Positions 19,436 through 32,840 of a stretch of DNA of 33,434 nucleotides are shown here, in pieces. The notes below the pieces were generated by a model. It saw nothing but the letters and a program-made list of their open reading frames with translations. It was not told the origin of the DNA and searched no databases. The stretch's first letter is position 1, and each line of letters starts with the position of its first letter. The stretch spans positions 132,344,147-132,377,580 of the forward strand of contig NC_068982.1 in assembly GCF_001194135.2 (NCBI RefSeq), written 5' to 3'. Source of the DNA: Octopus bimaculoides (lineage: Eukaryota). The translations under genes were made by a program, and so were the position numbers.

Positions 19436-19960
19436 GGAAGACATTACGCATGTGATTAGTAGCTGTCCTAAAATGTTGTCATGGTACTACCTCCCTATGT
19501 GGCACGATGTAGTTGCTAAAACAATTTACAATGCCATCTGCAAAAAAGACTCCTGAAATAAAATCCCTCTGTTATGGAATACATTCATAAACACCAACTC
19601 AAGGAATACTGGTGGATATTTCCATCAAAACTTCTGTCAAATTTAAGCATAACAGGCTGGATATTGTTGTTTGGAACAGAAGGGCAAATGTATGCACCAT
19701 CATAGAGGTTAGTTGCCCTGCAGATATAAACATCTCTTAGAAAATCAAAGTAAAAGAGGATATCTATGGACAACTATTCTGAAACCTCCAGCTTCTATAT
19801 CCAGACTATGAATTCATATTCATACCAATAACAATTGGAGCACTAGGTTTTGTTAGTAAATGCTTAAAGGAGAATCTGGATAAACTGGGATTTTCAGAAA
19901 GAGAAATTGACTGGCTGATTCGCACATTACAAGTCCAATCTGTGAGTAGAATAGTACCAC
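19436..19960 (+). mobile_element. 3' fragment of an RLE-type (restriction-like endonuclease; R4/R2-related) non-LTR retrotransposon
   Basis: Translates with stops and frameshifts as ITHVISSCPKMLSWYYLPMWHDVVAKTIY...EYWW...KFKHNRLDIVVWNRRANVCTIIEVSCPADINIS*KIKVKEDIYGQLF*NLQLLYPDYEFIFIPITIGALG. This is the end of a Zn knuckle, RHD, the (P)D..E.S.P RLE core and the P..IGALG motif. Confidence 0.85.
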
Positions 19961-21734
19961 GTTCCTACACATCTTTAATGTATATATGTATACATATAGT
20001 TATAGGACAGGTACATTCTTCAACAATTTATAGATTTGTATATAAAACTTTCTACGTTAAAGGGTTAAAGCTTGTGGAGGCCAATTATCAGAAAACTGAG
20101 TTGTGATCATTTGTTTCACTAACAACATATTTTTTCTGTTAATTCAAAACTGAATGGTCCCTTATAAATGAATAGGATCTCTCTATGCAGCTGTTCAATC
20201 TGACATTTATTAAATAATCCTTTAACAGTACAGATGGTGGTTTATCTATTGAGAGTAGGCTTATCTGTCAAACAAATATCACAATGATAACAACAAAAAT
20301 TATTTGAATGAATGATGATGATGATGACAACAATGAAGATGCTGTAACCATTGCCAATGTTTGTTTCAATGACAAGAATAAAGATGAAGATTATTTCTTC
20401 TAAAGTACAAGATCACTTATTGTAAGGGAAGAATATAAGAGAACAATTGGTTGAATTGATTTCTTAATATCAGTATTAATACTCCTGCTTTTCTGTCTTT
20501 CTCTCACTACTGCAATGAAATATTGTGTTATGAAGCTAGGCTGTTCATTCTGTCAGTGATAATGATACTGCGTATTTTGCTCTTTGTCAAATCACTTACT
20601 TTCTTAAGTGCATGTTAGTGACATTGAATTTATCATAAGTGGAGTAAACGTATATCGTAGCCTGGGAGTAATATTTGAATGTCTGAATATTTTTTCTTTC
20701 ACAACTTCTGCATTGCAAATATTCAAAGTCAATTCTATTCATGTAAGTTTTTCAGCAATACAGAACTACCATAATCTTTTTACATAGTCTGTGCCTAGCT
20801 TTAATAGCTGCTTCTCAAATTAATGAAGGTTTTTGAGATTATCAGCAGTGTGTTTAATTTTATAGTATTTTCAAAGATCCTCAAACATGATATCTCTCTA
20901 TGAAAAGTATCTCTTATCCTACTCTAATTTTATATAATTTAAAAATTTTAACCTATCTCTTTTGAATTTCTCTCTGGAAACCTCCCATCTTTTCACCCCC
21001 TTTCACTATTCTTACTTTCTGTTCCTTCTATACATATATTCTTATGAATGATCATCACTTCTGTAAAGAAATTCTGTTCATTGTCACATCTCCAACTTTA
21101 TAAAATGTGTGTTGGCTTTCATGTAAACTTGCTTCTTTTAAATAGTCTCTGTTTTACCACAAATTTTTTTCTAACAAATTTACTTTCTTAATTTCTACAC
21201 AAATTCTGTTCTGATATCCCTCTTCCCAATTTATATACATCTATTTATGATTCACCATTTCCTCCTCTCTCTCTCTCTTTCTGCTGATTTTACTCATTTA
21301 CCTATCTTTCTGATAACTCTACTAATGAGTAATTTACTCTTAGGTAAAGAACTACTTTAGGAGAAACATGTTTTAAAGGTAAGTTACTAAGAAATAAAAC
21401 CCTGAGCTAGAGCAGATGACACCATGTACCCTGTAAGATATAAATATATATTTTTTTTGTGTTGCTGTCATGATAAAATGCACAAACCCTATTTTTAAAG
21501 GGTGAGAAGTAAGTCTAACTTGTTCCCTGATTTATTCCACCTTCTGCATAGGGTATCTTTACAGTGTCACCAGCTTTCAGACTTGACCTTTATTTGAGGA
21601 TAATACAGTCTCTACTTTGGACTATAACTTCACTTGGCTGGTGCCACTTATAAAATAGGTTCCCTATAAGTTGCATACTGCCAGGTATATTAGGGGCTGG
21701 AACACATGTATAATTCCTTATTAAGATAAGCCTT

Positions 21735-22145
21735 ATCTTATATCTTGTTTCAATCATTAGACTGTGGCCATGCTGGGGCAGCACCTTGAAGAATTTTTAG
21801 TCAAATGTATTGACCTCAGTATTGATTTTTTTTTTTAAACTTGGTACTTATTCTACCAGTCTCTTTTGCCAAACTGCTAAGTTATACAGATGTAAATACA
21901 GCACCGGTTGTCAAGTGGTGGTGGTGGTGGTGGTGGACAAAGACAGACACAAAGACATGCACATAGATATGTATATATACATATATATATACAACAGGCT
22001 TCTTTCAGTTTCCATCTACCAAATCCACTCACAGGGTTTTGGTCAGTCTGGGGCCATAGTAGAAGACACTTGCCCAATCTGTCATATAGTGAGACTGAAC
22101 ATTGAACTATGTGGTTGGGAAGTAAGCTTTTTACTACACAGCCAC
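21735..22145 (-). mobile_element. Near-complete family B SINE (tRNA head, internal microsatellite, 3' body)
   Basis: Head at 21997-22145. The body GACTGTGGCCATGCTGGGGCA...GGTACTTATTCTA...CCAAACTGCTAAGTTA...GGTTGTCAAG is shared with 27986-28195, 19225-19380 and (opposite strand) 26370-26560. Confidence 0.8.
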
Positions 22146-23004
22146 AAAGGGCTTGACCCAAGGCTTTCGTAGACAGTCATAGATTAGTGAAATTGATAAT
22201 GATTAGTATTCTGCTTGAACTGTTGCAAGACAATAATTGTTGAGAAAACATGTGCAGGGAAAGAATCCCAGAACATTGATGTTTTGGTGTAGAGGGATTA
22301 GGTGTAGTCATTAACGCAAGGTTTAAGGATGGGGTAGATTAACACAATATAGGCGATGGGAAGAAGAGAGCTGAGTCAGGTGTGGAAGTGGTATGAAGTC
22401 AGTCAGATTTAAGGAACAGAGGCTACTGAGGTAACAGTAGAAAAGACAAAGTGAAGAAACTACACATCTCTAGTACAGAAGTTGGAGTTTTTTTACCCTT
22501 CATCAGTAAGTGCCAGATTTTGTGAGGCTCACAGTGATCTACATAGTAATTAGCAGCAACCTTATTTCCTCTTCAATGCTTTACCAAACATTTTTTTACA
22601 ACCATGTCAAAGTCTGTACAATGGAACAAAAATAATCAGTTGGGCAATTCCCTGTCCACTATACTAATATCAAAGAATTTTGGTTCAAATCTGCACCCTA
22701 CCAATCATATCCTTTAAAGATAACACATGTTATTTTGGACTACACTTTCTCTTGGTTCCATAGAAGTTGCATTCAAGGGTCACCCTGGGCAACACAATCT
22801 AGCAACGTTAACTGACTTCACATCAATCACATAAAAACTTGGCTTCAGATAGACTAAAGTTCACATCTTCAAAATAAGACTCATTTTCCTTTTCATCAAT
22901 AATTACAAATAAGGTTCAAAACAAGCAAGCAAAAAACCCACCAAAATCTGGAATTCTATTGATTACAATGATAACAGTTACAGTTGATATGATCAATGAA
23001 ACAG

Positions 23005-23275
23005 CCTACTTGTGATATTAACATGCAAGTGGCCGAGCACTCCACAGACATGTGTAGCCTTAATGTAATTCTCAGGGAGATTCAGCATGACACAGAATGT
23101 GACAAGGCTGGCTCTTTGAATTACAGGTACAACTCATTTTTGCCAGCTAAGTGAACTGCAGCAACATGAAATAAAGTGTCTTACTCAAGGATGCAATGCA
23201 TCACCAGAAATCAAATGCATGACCTTACAATAGGGAGTTGAGTACCAGAATCACAAAACCATGTACCCTCACAAG
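23005..23275 (-). mobile_element. Diverged family D SINE
   Basis: ACAGCCTACTTGTGA..TGCAAGTGGCCGAGCACTCCACAGAC..TGACAAGGCTGGC..TTTGAATTACAGG matches 17670-17790. Confidence 0.75.
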
Positions 23276-23392
23276 TAAGCAATCACTATACTCAACAACA
23301 TAAACATTTACAGCAACTCAATCAACTTTCTATTCACTCTGTCAGCTGAATGCTTTCATTCATAACATCACACAATATTAGATAACATGTCA

Positions 23393-23518
<126 letters not shown>

Positions 23519-23606
23519 TTAATCAAGTTATATCGATATAGTTGATATAAATCATGTTAAGTTAGAATAGTCAAAAGAAGAATGTATAGTCAACCCAGTC
23601 AAATAC

Positions 23607-23728
23607 TACAGGGTGTCTGGGTACATGGGAATTAACACATACTTTAAGAAATTATTATTTCTTATATTTAATTGTTTATGTTATGATTTTATTTACTCCA
23701 TGTACCCAGACCTTGTGGACACCCTATA
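23607..23728. mobile_element. Small Tc1/mariner-type MITE (~120 bp) about 110 nt upstream of the S4 exon acceptor
   Basis: The left end TACAGGGTGTC-TGGGTACATGG matches the reverse complement of the right end, TATAGGGTGTCCACAAGGTCTGGGTACATGG (9-bp deletion on the left). TA flanks. Confidence 0.75.
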
Positions 23729-25079
23729 GTATATAAACAGGAGCTTATTTTGCTTTTATTCAGTAAGAAATTGAAGATAGAATAAAACTTGCTGCTTCCA
23801 TTTCCAAAAACATAAGCATCTTCTGTGTAATGCACCTGTAAAACTATAGTTATGTATATTATGATTACAACTTACTTTTGAGTAATGCCATTGTTTGATT
23901 GTTCTCTTAAACATGAGCAGCATGGATGTGGCTTTTCAGTCCTGTAAGGGACTTGCGCTCTTTTGCACAGATGCAATAACAATAGACATCTCTGGCAGAA
24001 GGTGTTCAGAGAACTTACCACCCATGCTGACCCAGGTTTTCATTTCATCGTGGAAATTTTCATTGAATGCTTTGCCTTTCTTGACCACAGCCAAAAATAA
24101 TATGCAACACATACATACACATACATACAAACATACACACACATAAAAAAATGCATTAAATACAAATACACACACAAATGCATAAAATACATACACACAC
24201 ACACACATACACAAATGCATAAAATACATACACATATTGTATGTGCATTGCTAATAGTAAAGTCCACCTGTGAGATACATAGCAGCTTTTACCCAAGCTA
24301 TATACATAAACAATAAACTCTCTCCTATCTGGAAGTTTACTAAATAACTAAATTTTCCAGATATTTGAGCATCACTCTTTAAATTATCAGAGCACCTTAC
24401 AAAACCCATTAAAACCCTCTCTATGCATTGATATTATCATTAGTATTTTGAATATTGTAGAAATGAGAAAAATATGAAGAAACGATATAATTTAAGTAAA
24501 AAACAGGTTTTGTTAATCTAATAAAATATAGGTATTGTCAATGCTGTAAGATAAGATTAAATATTGTACTTTGAGAAGCAAGAATCCATTTTAGATAAAG
24601 TAGAAACTTACTTTGTTGTAATGATATTTAATTAATTAACATAAATTAGCACAAATTTTTCTTACTCTAATTAACCCAATATCTGCTCTCTTCTTTGGTC
24701 ACGTCTCAGAATGAGAAGATTGGATATGGCTGTGTGGATGGTGGCAATAGGCACAACTGTCTGGATATTGAACCTGTTTTGGTGACAGTACTTTTTGGTA
24801 TTGGAGGCAAACATATAAACACACATGCATGCATGTGTAGGAATATACACACATAGATATCACAGACAGAGAAAATGAGAGAGAGAGAGAGAGAGAAACA
24901 GAGGGGAGAGAGGGAGGAGAGAGAGATGTTGAAATATCTGATGTCAAGTAATTCAATGTCAATTCAGCGATGCCAAATAAGCAGAGTCAAGACTGCTGTT
25001 CCAAGACATCTCATATGCCTTATGTCATGCTTTGTCTTCACCGATGCACATATCCCCCTACTTTGTGCAATAGACTGGT

Positions 25080-25268
25080 TTAAAACCCCACAAAATCAGC
25101 CTCATATGCCTCTGCCATAAAAGTTACCATTGCCCACAATTTTCTCCAAACACATTGACAAGTCTCAGATTTTACACTATGCCATGCGAAGATTACACTA
25201 GACTCAATGTAATTGAGTAGGGTGCTATTTCTTTTGATGGAAGGAAAAACAGATGAGTAGGCTGTCAA
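25080..25268 (-). mobile_element. Possible pogo/Tigger-type transposase C-terminal remnant
   Basis: ORF 25080..25268 contains IFAWHSVKSETCQCVWRKLW...DFVGF, resembling the recalled Tigger C-terminal motif W..VK..T...VWKKL...DFEGF. Confidence 0.45.
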
Positions 25269-26009
25269 ATGGCTGGACAGTTGGGTAGATGGTCAGACAA
25301 AGAGATGGATAGGTGGGGGGAAGGATGGTCAGATGGATGGATAGATGGACAATAGACAGACAAACAGATTGAAAGATGGATAGATAGGTGGATAGGATGG
25401 ATAGATGAATGGAAAGATAGATGATAAAAAGTTAGATAAATGGATGGATAGACAAACAGACTAGACCTAATGAAAAAGAGTTAAAACATGTTACTTGTAA
25501 ATTTGGAACATTAGAGTGTAGCACGTTTTTACATTTTTCAAATCAACCAGATTATCTGTTCTAAAAGCAGTGATATATCCTTCACACTATCTAACTATTT
25601 ATTTTTTACTTTTTCTTGGAATAGCAAAACCTATTTTTCAAAGTTGCATAAAGAATTTTATAAAAAATCTAAATTCTGAAAATATTAAATTTTCTTCTTT
25701 TATCCTTAAGGGCCAGTATCTCATGTGAGACAAAAGAAATAAAGATTGTGTGCATAGACAGTGGATGATAGTTTTGTTATTTTGGGAGATTGTTATTTAA
25801 AATGAAATGTTGGAAAGGTATTTAAAATGTCAAGAAGTATTCTATCAGATTTCTTCTCAGTGAAAATATACAGGAAATTTTTTAATTGTTTAACTCAAAA
25901 GTTCTACCAAAAAAACTTAAAATACAAGTTGGATGGATGGATTAATTCATGTCTTTTGCATTCTCTTAAATAAGATATACCTTTAAAAGAAAATTAGTTT
26001 CATGTTAAT

Positions 26010-26320
26010 GCGAATATTAAAACTCAAACTGCTATATTTTGGAAAGTAGACTTGACATATTCTGAAATCCACAAAGAACTGAAGAAGAAAACAATTCCTA
26101 TTTCTCATTCTACCATAAAGAGACCAGTTGTACACTTGTAGTTAGGAAGTAAGGGTACAGCAAGCCTAGGACTACTTCAAGTGCAAATAATGGAAGACTG
26201 AGATTCTTGGTTATTTAGCAAAGAAAGAAAATCTTACAGGAACTGTCAAGATGAGTTAGAACTTATGAAACCAAGATTGTTTCTAGAAGAACCATTACAA
26301 GAAAGTTGAAAGATGCTGGG
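26010..26320 (+). mobile_element. Degenerate Tc1-type transposase N-terminal (paired HTH) fragment
   Basis: LTYSEIHKELKKKTIPISHSTIKR, then after a frameshift SKPRTTSSANNGRLRFLVI*...IVSRRTITRKLKDAG. These are GRPR-like and VSxxTIxRxLxxAG motifs. Confidence 0.65.
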
Positions 26321-26559
26321 GTTTTTTTGGCTTCTCTATACATTTTTGCCTGCATGCACGTATATGTGTGCATCTTTGTCTTGGCAACCGGTGTTGGTGT
26401 GTTAGCATCCCCATAACTTAGTAGTTTGGCAAAAGTGACAAATAGAATGAGTACCAGACTTTAAAAGAATTAATTATTGGGGTCAATTCGTTTAGCTAGA
26501 AATTTTTTCAGGCAATGCCCCAGCATGGCCACAGTCTGAAACAAGTAAGAAGGAAAAGG

Positions 26560-26590
<31 letters not shown>

Positions 26591-27092
26591 GCACACACGT
26601 TGTTCCATAGCAGATGGTCAATGAAAGTATGATAAACAATTTTCCTATAATATTTGATGGGCTAAGAAGTTTGAATTTTAAATTAAGGAATAAGGAAACA
26701 AAAAAAAAAAAATGCATAGAATACACATATTTTATCTCTTTTTGTTTTTTTACTTAATATGGATATTTATACAGACATGCATGCATGTATATATGGAGAG
26801 TACTACAGCTCAGCAAACATTAGCATACCAAGTGCAAATTAAGCAAGTTCCCAATTTTGGCAATTACCTGACTCAGCAAGTCCAGCACAAAAACAAAGTA
26901 ATTGGTAGACTCTCTCTCTCTCTCTCTCCTCACTTGCTCTTGCTATGACCCAGAATATGTATTAACATCCAGTTGTACAATCACTCCCTACCATCTCTTG
27001 TACAATAAGAATGCAATGTAAGCAGATGTCAACCATTTGATAATTGTTTCTATTTCATTTTCTCAAACTTCTCCTATTACTTTTGCTTCACT

Positions 27093-27344
27093 TTGATAAT
27101 GAGTATAACTAGGCCTGTGGCTCATTCAAACTGTGAAATAGTTAATATTAGTAACAAAGTGTCTAACCTCTCGTCATCTAAAGAAATTTTCAAGAAAACA
27201 GCCTCCTACTATAACAATGCCCTAGCTAATAGTGGTTTCAAAGATAAATTAATATATAATCCCTCTAATACTAACCAGAATAATAATAATAGATCTAGAG
27301 GCATCAAAGATAAAGTAATACATAGCCCCTCTAATATTATATAA
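27093..27344 (+). mobile_element. Penelope-like element fragment (RT thumb region)
   Basis: ISNKVSNLSSSKEIFKKTASYYNNALANSGFKDKLIY matches the PLE S..LSS..EIF...Y..AL..SG(F/Y) block. The same block appears degraded near 7780. Confidence 0.65.
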
Positions 27345-27849
27345 TCCTAATTAAGTGAAAAGTAGGAGAATTTCCAATGCAGCATTCAACATGAGCTTGT
27401 AGCTATTTACTCTCTTGAATTAGAACCCTGAGGAAGATTGAAATTCTGCTGGTGTAGAAAATCGAAGTACAACACCAGTAAATTCAATGTGTGAGTCTAG
27501 CAAAGAATAATATATAATCCAAATAAGGAGACTTAGAAAGCGAATGTTAAATGGTGATGATGACAATGATAATATATATATATATGTTGAAAACTATAAT
27601 ATATATATATATTGTGTTGTCCATACAAAATATTTTTAGCTCTCAGCTTCCAACTTCTTGTCATTGTTACAATAAACAATTTTGGAATAGCTCTTTGATA
27701 ATGTCTTGAAGACACAATAAATATTAGATACCTGTGGCTTTGGAAGCCTTATTTGTTCTGAAGTAGGAGAAAATAGTATCAGTCTGTAAGGAAATCTGAT
27801 TATCAAATTTGGCAACCAGCTATATTGTCATGATTTTAATACTACATAT

Positions 27850-27883
<34 letters not shown>

Positions 27884-27985
27884 TGTGTGTCTGTGAATGT
27901 GTGAGTAATTGTGCGTGAGTGTGTGTGAGTATGTGTGTGTGTAAGTGTGTGCTTGTGAGTGAGTGTGCATGTGAATGTGTGTGTG

Positions 27986-28320
27986 TCTTTTATCTTTTAT
28001 TTGTTTCAGCTATTTGACTGTGGCCATGTTGGAGCACTGCTTTGAAGAATATTTTGTCAAATGAATTGACCCCAGTACCTACTTTTTTGTAAAGCTTGGT
28101 ACTTATTCTATCGATCTTTTGTCAAACCACTAAGTTACAGGGACATAAACACAGCAACAGTTGTCAAGTAATAGCGGGACAACCGATAGACACACACACA
28201 CACACATACACGCAAAGGGCTTCTTTCAGTTTCCATCGACCAAATCCACTCTAGGCTATTGTAGAAGACACCTGCCCAAGATGTCATGCAGTGGGACTGA
28301 ACTATGGGGTTCGGAAGCAT
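27986..28320 (-). mobile_element. Family B SINE (head partly truncated)
   Basis: Homologous to 21735-22145 over both the body and the head. Confidence 0.75.
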
Positions 28321-28494
28321 AAGGAAGGGCATCCAACCATAGATACCTTGTCAAAATTGACAGCGGAGTTTGATACAGCCATGCAGCTTGTAGGATGCTA
28401 TCAAACCATACAACCAATGCCATCATGGAAAATGGATGTTAACTGATGATGATGTTGGCGATGATGATGATGATGATAATGATGATGCTTTTCT

Positions 28495-28705
28495 TTTCTG
28501 CTCTAGGCACAAGGCCCAAAATTTTTGGGGAGAGGGTCCGGTTGATTAGATCAACCTCAGTATGTAATGGGTACTTAATTTATCTACCCCAAAAGGATGA
28601 AAGGAAAAGTCAACCTCAGCGGAATTTAAACTCAGAACGTAAAGACAGATGAAATACTGCTAAGTATTTTGTCTGGCGTTCTAACATTTCTGCCAGCTCA
28701 CCGCT
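28495..28705 (-). mobile_element. tRNA-headed SINE (family C)
   Basis: The minus strand starts GCGGTGAGCTGGCAGAAATGTTAG...TTCTGAGTTTAAATTCCGC (A/B-box-like). Homologous to 14030-14225. Confidence 0.7.
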
Positions 28706-29288
28706 TTAATGACATTGATGATGATGATGACAGATAATGTAAAAAGCTTAAACAATTGTTGGATGATCCAAAGTGGAAAGAGACTGTTTTATGGTGCAAA
28801 CTTTCAGTTTTAAAAAGTTGGTGCGATGGTCAAAAATACCAATGTATGAGGACACTGATTAATGTAGGAGAGTTCCAGTTAATGAATATTTTGTGTTTTT
28901 ACCAGTTGAATCAATCTGAGGGGAATAAGGGAGCAAAGAGGAGCTGTATACATTGAAGACAACAAGAACTATTTCTTTTGAGAAAGGTAAGTGAAATAAA
29001 TGTTCTTGTGAGCTACTGGGGTTTGACGGAGCCATTTTCTATTGATCATCAATTTTTCTTTAGTTATTTGATGGGCCCCTGATGATCTCTCATTATGGCC
29101 ACATATCTATAAAAGGAGCTAAAAGTGCACCTGGATGCGTCCAAAAAGCTTTACTGTCACTTCATGCTCAGAAACAATTTCAGCTCTAAACCCTATACAA
29201 AGCACAAGTCCATCTCCCTTCAGTGAACTGTTCACACATCTGTATTAGAGCAGCTGTTATAAACATACGCACACACATACGCACGCAC

Positions 29289-29338
<50 letters not shown>

Positions 29339-31054
29339 GTATGCACACACATAGGCAAGGTAGTGTCCCTAAAAGCTACCCAACTGATTGGCAAGGATTC
29401 GCTTGTCTATACATAACAATGGATAGCACATCAACCCATTGTACCCTTCCTTCTGTCTGTTCTGCAATAGACCTTGCTCTTCTGAACTAACAAGCTGGAT
29501 GCACTTATGACATTCACTTGTCTCTCCTCGTTTGTGGTGTCTTACCACTAAACCCTTCATCTAAAACTTTATCCTCAAAAATGCAACTCACAGGAAGTCT
29601 TCTGCTCCCCACTGCTTCTCACATAGACGTCAGCCGGCAGAAATCCAACCTGATTTTCCCATTGTTTCAATCTCTATTTACGTAAATAAACAGTGGAAAA
29701 ATTTTAAGGGAGATAATGCAAAAATTAGCTGTTGCTTATTTTTTTTTCTTTCCCTTTAAACTGATTGATTTTTTTATTTTTAACGAAAAAGCAAAATAAA
29801 TGATTTTTTGATATATTTTTAATAAGTTAAATCACTGAGCTATGACCTTTGAAGAAAGCATGAATATTATATCACCTAAATTCTTTTGTTATAATTCTAA
29901 TCTTTGAAATATTAATACAAATTTTGTAGCAGATAATTACATCTCTTATAATACAACTGTAATATTTGTTAGCCCTCGGAATCCTTGTAGTTATTATATT
30001 GGTTGTCATTGAAAAACATATATTATGTATGTTCATTATGTATGTATATGCTTGTGGCTGGTAATCCAGCTGAAAACATATACTTTTTGCTGGTGTAAAA
30101 AGAAATAGTATGCTATCATGCCTTGTAGTGGGTAGATTCAGAATGGTATTATCATATTTTGAATTGACAAAATTTGAACATTTTTACACGGGCAGATGGT
30201 AATTTCACGAGACGAGCAGCAGCATGTGATATGGAAAAGAAAAAAAAGGAAAAAAATGGAGACCAAGACAGGTATCTAAATTTTCATGTGTACTTGGCAA
30301 GCTTCTGAAGTATATAATTTCCTGTTATTTCCAGTGAAATGACATGGAAACAAGACTTCTATTAACGTGTAGGTGTAAGCTGAGAAGATAGCTTGTGAAG
30401 AAAATACAGATATTTCTAATAAGTTTTTGGACAGTTTAAAAGACATAAATGATAATGATAGAGCTGAAGGAAAAAAATACATTCTGTAAAGGGAAAAGAG
30501 AAAACTGAGTCTTATGTTTTGTCACAAAATTCTATATCAATCCCCATACATATTCACTTGGAACTGAAAAGCTTCAAATGAATTTCTATACAGTCTGAAT
30601 TTACTGAAAAGCAAACAGGATTATGAATGGGCTTACATGGCAGAATATTGAGATTTCTATCTGTGACATTAAGCTCTGGAACTATCAACTATCTATACGA
30701 TAATGCTGTGTAAATCAGTGGCCCTAACATTATTATCATCATCATTTAACATCCACTTTTCTCTGCTTGTATGGGTAAGATGAAATATGTTGAGGTAGAT
30801 TTTCTTTGACTAGATGCCCTTTTTGCCACCAGCCCTCACCTGTTTCCACAGCTGGACATGTTTTTCTCAGAAGTCTGCTGACTAACAACATCAACAACAG
30901 ACTTGTATGATGGTGATGCTCATTTACACCATCATATGGGGTCAAAACAATGGTGCATGCAATTGCACATATACATACAAAAACGCATACATACATACAT
31001 ACATACATACATACATACATACATACAGACAGACAGACAGACAGACAGACAGAT

Positions 31055-31632
31055 GAAAGGATGAGCATATATCAGAAGACCATGCATGGATATGTTAGTA
31101 AAAAGTTCTGGGATGATAGTAACATTTTTCATCAAAGTAGTCTATCATGAACCAACAAGTGGATTACTAACTCCCACTTTGAAGGGTATATATTTGCAAT
31201 CCAGGAACAGGAAATATCAACCAAATACCTGATGCTGGAAAAGCAGTAAAATGTAGTAACTGATGCAGACTTTGTGGAGTTAACCCTGAAGAAATCACCC
31301 ACATCATAAGCAGTTGTCTGAAAATGTCATCACAATATTATCTCCTAATGAGACATGATGCTGTAGCTAGGACACTATATAACAAGATCCATCAGAAGGA
31401 TAGCTCTGAGGCCAAAGAAATAAGAACCCACAGTATGATGGGAGCCATAGCCACTCAAAATAAAAAGGAGTACTGGTGAAATGTAACCCTTGAAAACCTC
31501 AATAAAATCTAAACATAATAGACCTGACATGGTGATTTGAGATAGAGAAGAGGAACTGTACAGTTGTGGAAATCAGCAGCCCAGTGGATATTAACATAAA
31601 GTTAAAGATCAGAGAAAAAGAAAATATCTACC
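31055..31632 (+). mobile_element. Second RLE-type non-LTR retrotransposon fragment (post-RT region, CCHC knuckle, RLE)
   Basis: KTMHGYV...HFEGYIFAIQEQEISTKYL...CRLCGVNPEEITHIISSCLKMSSQYYLLMRHDAVARTLY...EYW...KHNRPDMVI*DREE..VVEISSPVDINIKLKIREKENIY. Same family type as 19436-19960 but clearly diverged from it. Confidence 0.85.
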
Positions 31633-31863
31633 TACCTACCTACCTGCCTGCCTGGCTGCCTGCCTACCCACCCACCTACCCAAACACNNNNNNNNNNNNN
31701 NNNNNNNNNNNNNNNNNNNNNNNNNNNNNNNNNNNNNNNNNNNNNNNNNNNNNNNNNNNNNNNNNNNNNNNNNNNNNNNNNNNNNNNNNNNNNNNNNNNN
31801 NNNNNNNNNNNNNNNNNNNNNNNNNNNNNNNNNNNNNNNNNNNNNNNNNNNNNNNNNNNNNNN

Positions 31864-32600
31864 GTATAGGGCCTGTACAGCCCTTATTAGCCATTCATCA
31901 ATCCCCAGTTTCCGCATCACCCACCAGATAAGGGATCAGGGGACCTTGTCAAAGGCTTTCTCCAAGTCCACAAAAACCAAATATAGGGGTTTATCTTTGG
32001 CTAGGTATTTCTCTTGCAGTTGCCATACCAGGAATATGGCATCAGTGGTGCTTCTACCTGGCACAAAACCAAACTGCATCTTATTTAAGTGGACTCGCTC
32101 TCTAATTAGTTGGGCTATGACCCTCTCCGTGACCTTCATCACCTGATCCAGCAGTTTGAAACCCCTGTAGTTATTTCTATCTAAAGCATCACCTTTATCT
32201 TTGTAGCAGTTGACTATGGTGCTGCTACACCAAGCATTGGGTATGATTCCATCATAAACTCTCTGGTTTACAATACAGGTGACTAGGCCAAAGCCCACAC
32301 CACCAGATATTTTAAGCATCTCAGCGGTGATTCCTGATGGGCCGGAGGCTTTTCCTGGCTTTATATCCTTAATTGCTTTATCTACCAGGGTGCTGTCTAT
32401 TCAGATAGCTGGTCCCTCTACTGGATCAACATTTGGCAGGCTCTCCTCCTCCCACTCATTCCCCCATGTTCAACAGTCTTTCATAATGGCTCCGCCAAGC
32501 CTCTTTCTTTGTAGAATCATTAAAAGCAAGTGCACCATCATCCATGCAGACACATTTCTCTCCTGTGATATCACAATTTTCTCTCACACACTGTCTTGCA
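31864..32600 (-). mobile_element. RTE-clade LINE reverse-transcriptase fragment
   Basis: KGDALDRNNYRGFKLLDQVMKVTERVIAQLIRERVHLNKMQFGFVPGRSTTDAIFLVWQLQEKYLAKDKPLYLVFVDLEKAFDKVP*SLIWWVMRKLGIDEWLIRAVQALY (RT subdomains 0-3), interrupted by stops. Confidence 0.92.
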
Positions 32601-32639
32601 ATATATAGGTATATACTGTCTTGCAATATATAGGTATAT

Positions 32640-32670
<31 letters not shown>

Positions 32671-32840
32671 CCACCATCACCATCATCACCATCATCATCA
32701 TCATCATCATCACCATCACCATCATCATCATCATCATCATCATCATCACCATCACCACTATCACCACCATCACCATCATCGCCATCATCGTCATCATTGT
32801 CATCATCATCATCATCATCATCACCATCATCACCATCATT
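32640..32840. repeat. Compound (CAT/CAC)n microsatellite, ~200 bp
   Basis: Direct reading. It produces the poly-His, poly-Ser and poly-Met pseudo-ORFs in the track. Confidence 0.98.

Noticed and set aside
20460-21300. Pyrimidine-rich block as a degenerate retroelement ORF on the minus strand
   Set aside because: There is only a faint FHREISCLRIFEN-like resemblance amid many stops, not enough to support a call.
23890-24095. GC-richer segment with ORFs on both strands (KKGKAFNENFHDEMKTWVSMGG...)
   Set aside because: It could be a transposon remnant or an alternative exon, but I recognise no motif and the minus frame has an internal stop. It needs a tBLASTx or repeat-library search.
29070-29130. 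Another CTGATGA as a hammerhead core
   Set aside because: There is no stem II hairpin followed by GAAA and no closing stem I. Other CTGATGA hits (e.g. ~28443, and on the minus strand near 11395 and 22500) also lack the structure.
32591-32640. 25-bp tandem duplication (CTGTCTTGCAATATATAGGTATATA x2) at the end of the RTE fragment as a TSD
   Set aside because: The copies are adjacent rather than flanking the element. It is more likely local slippage or an assembly artefact next to the long (CAT)n repeat.
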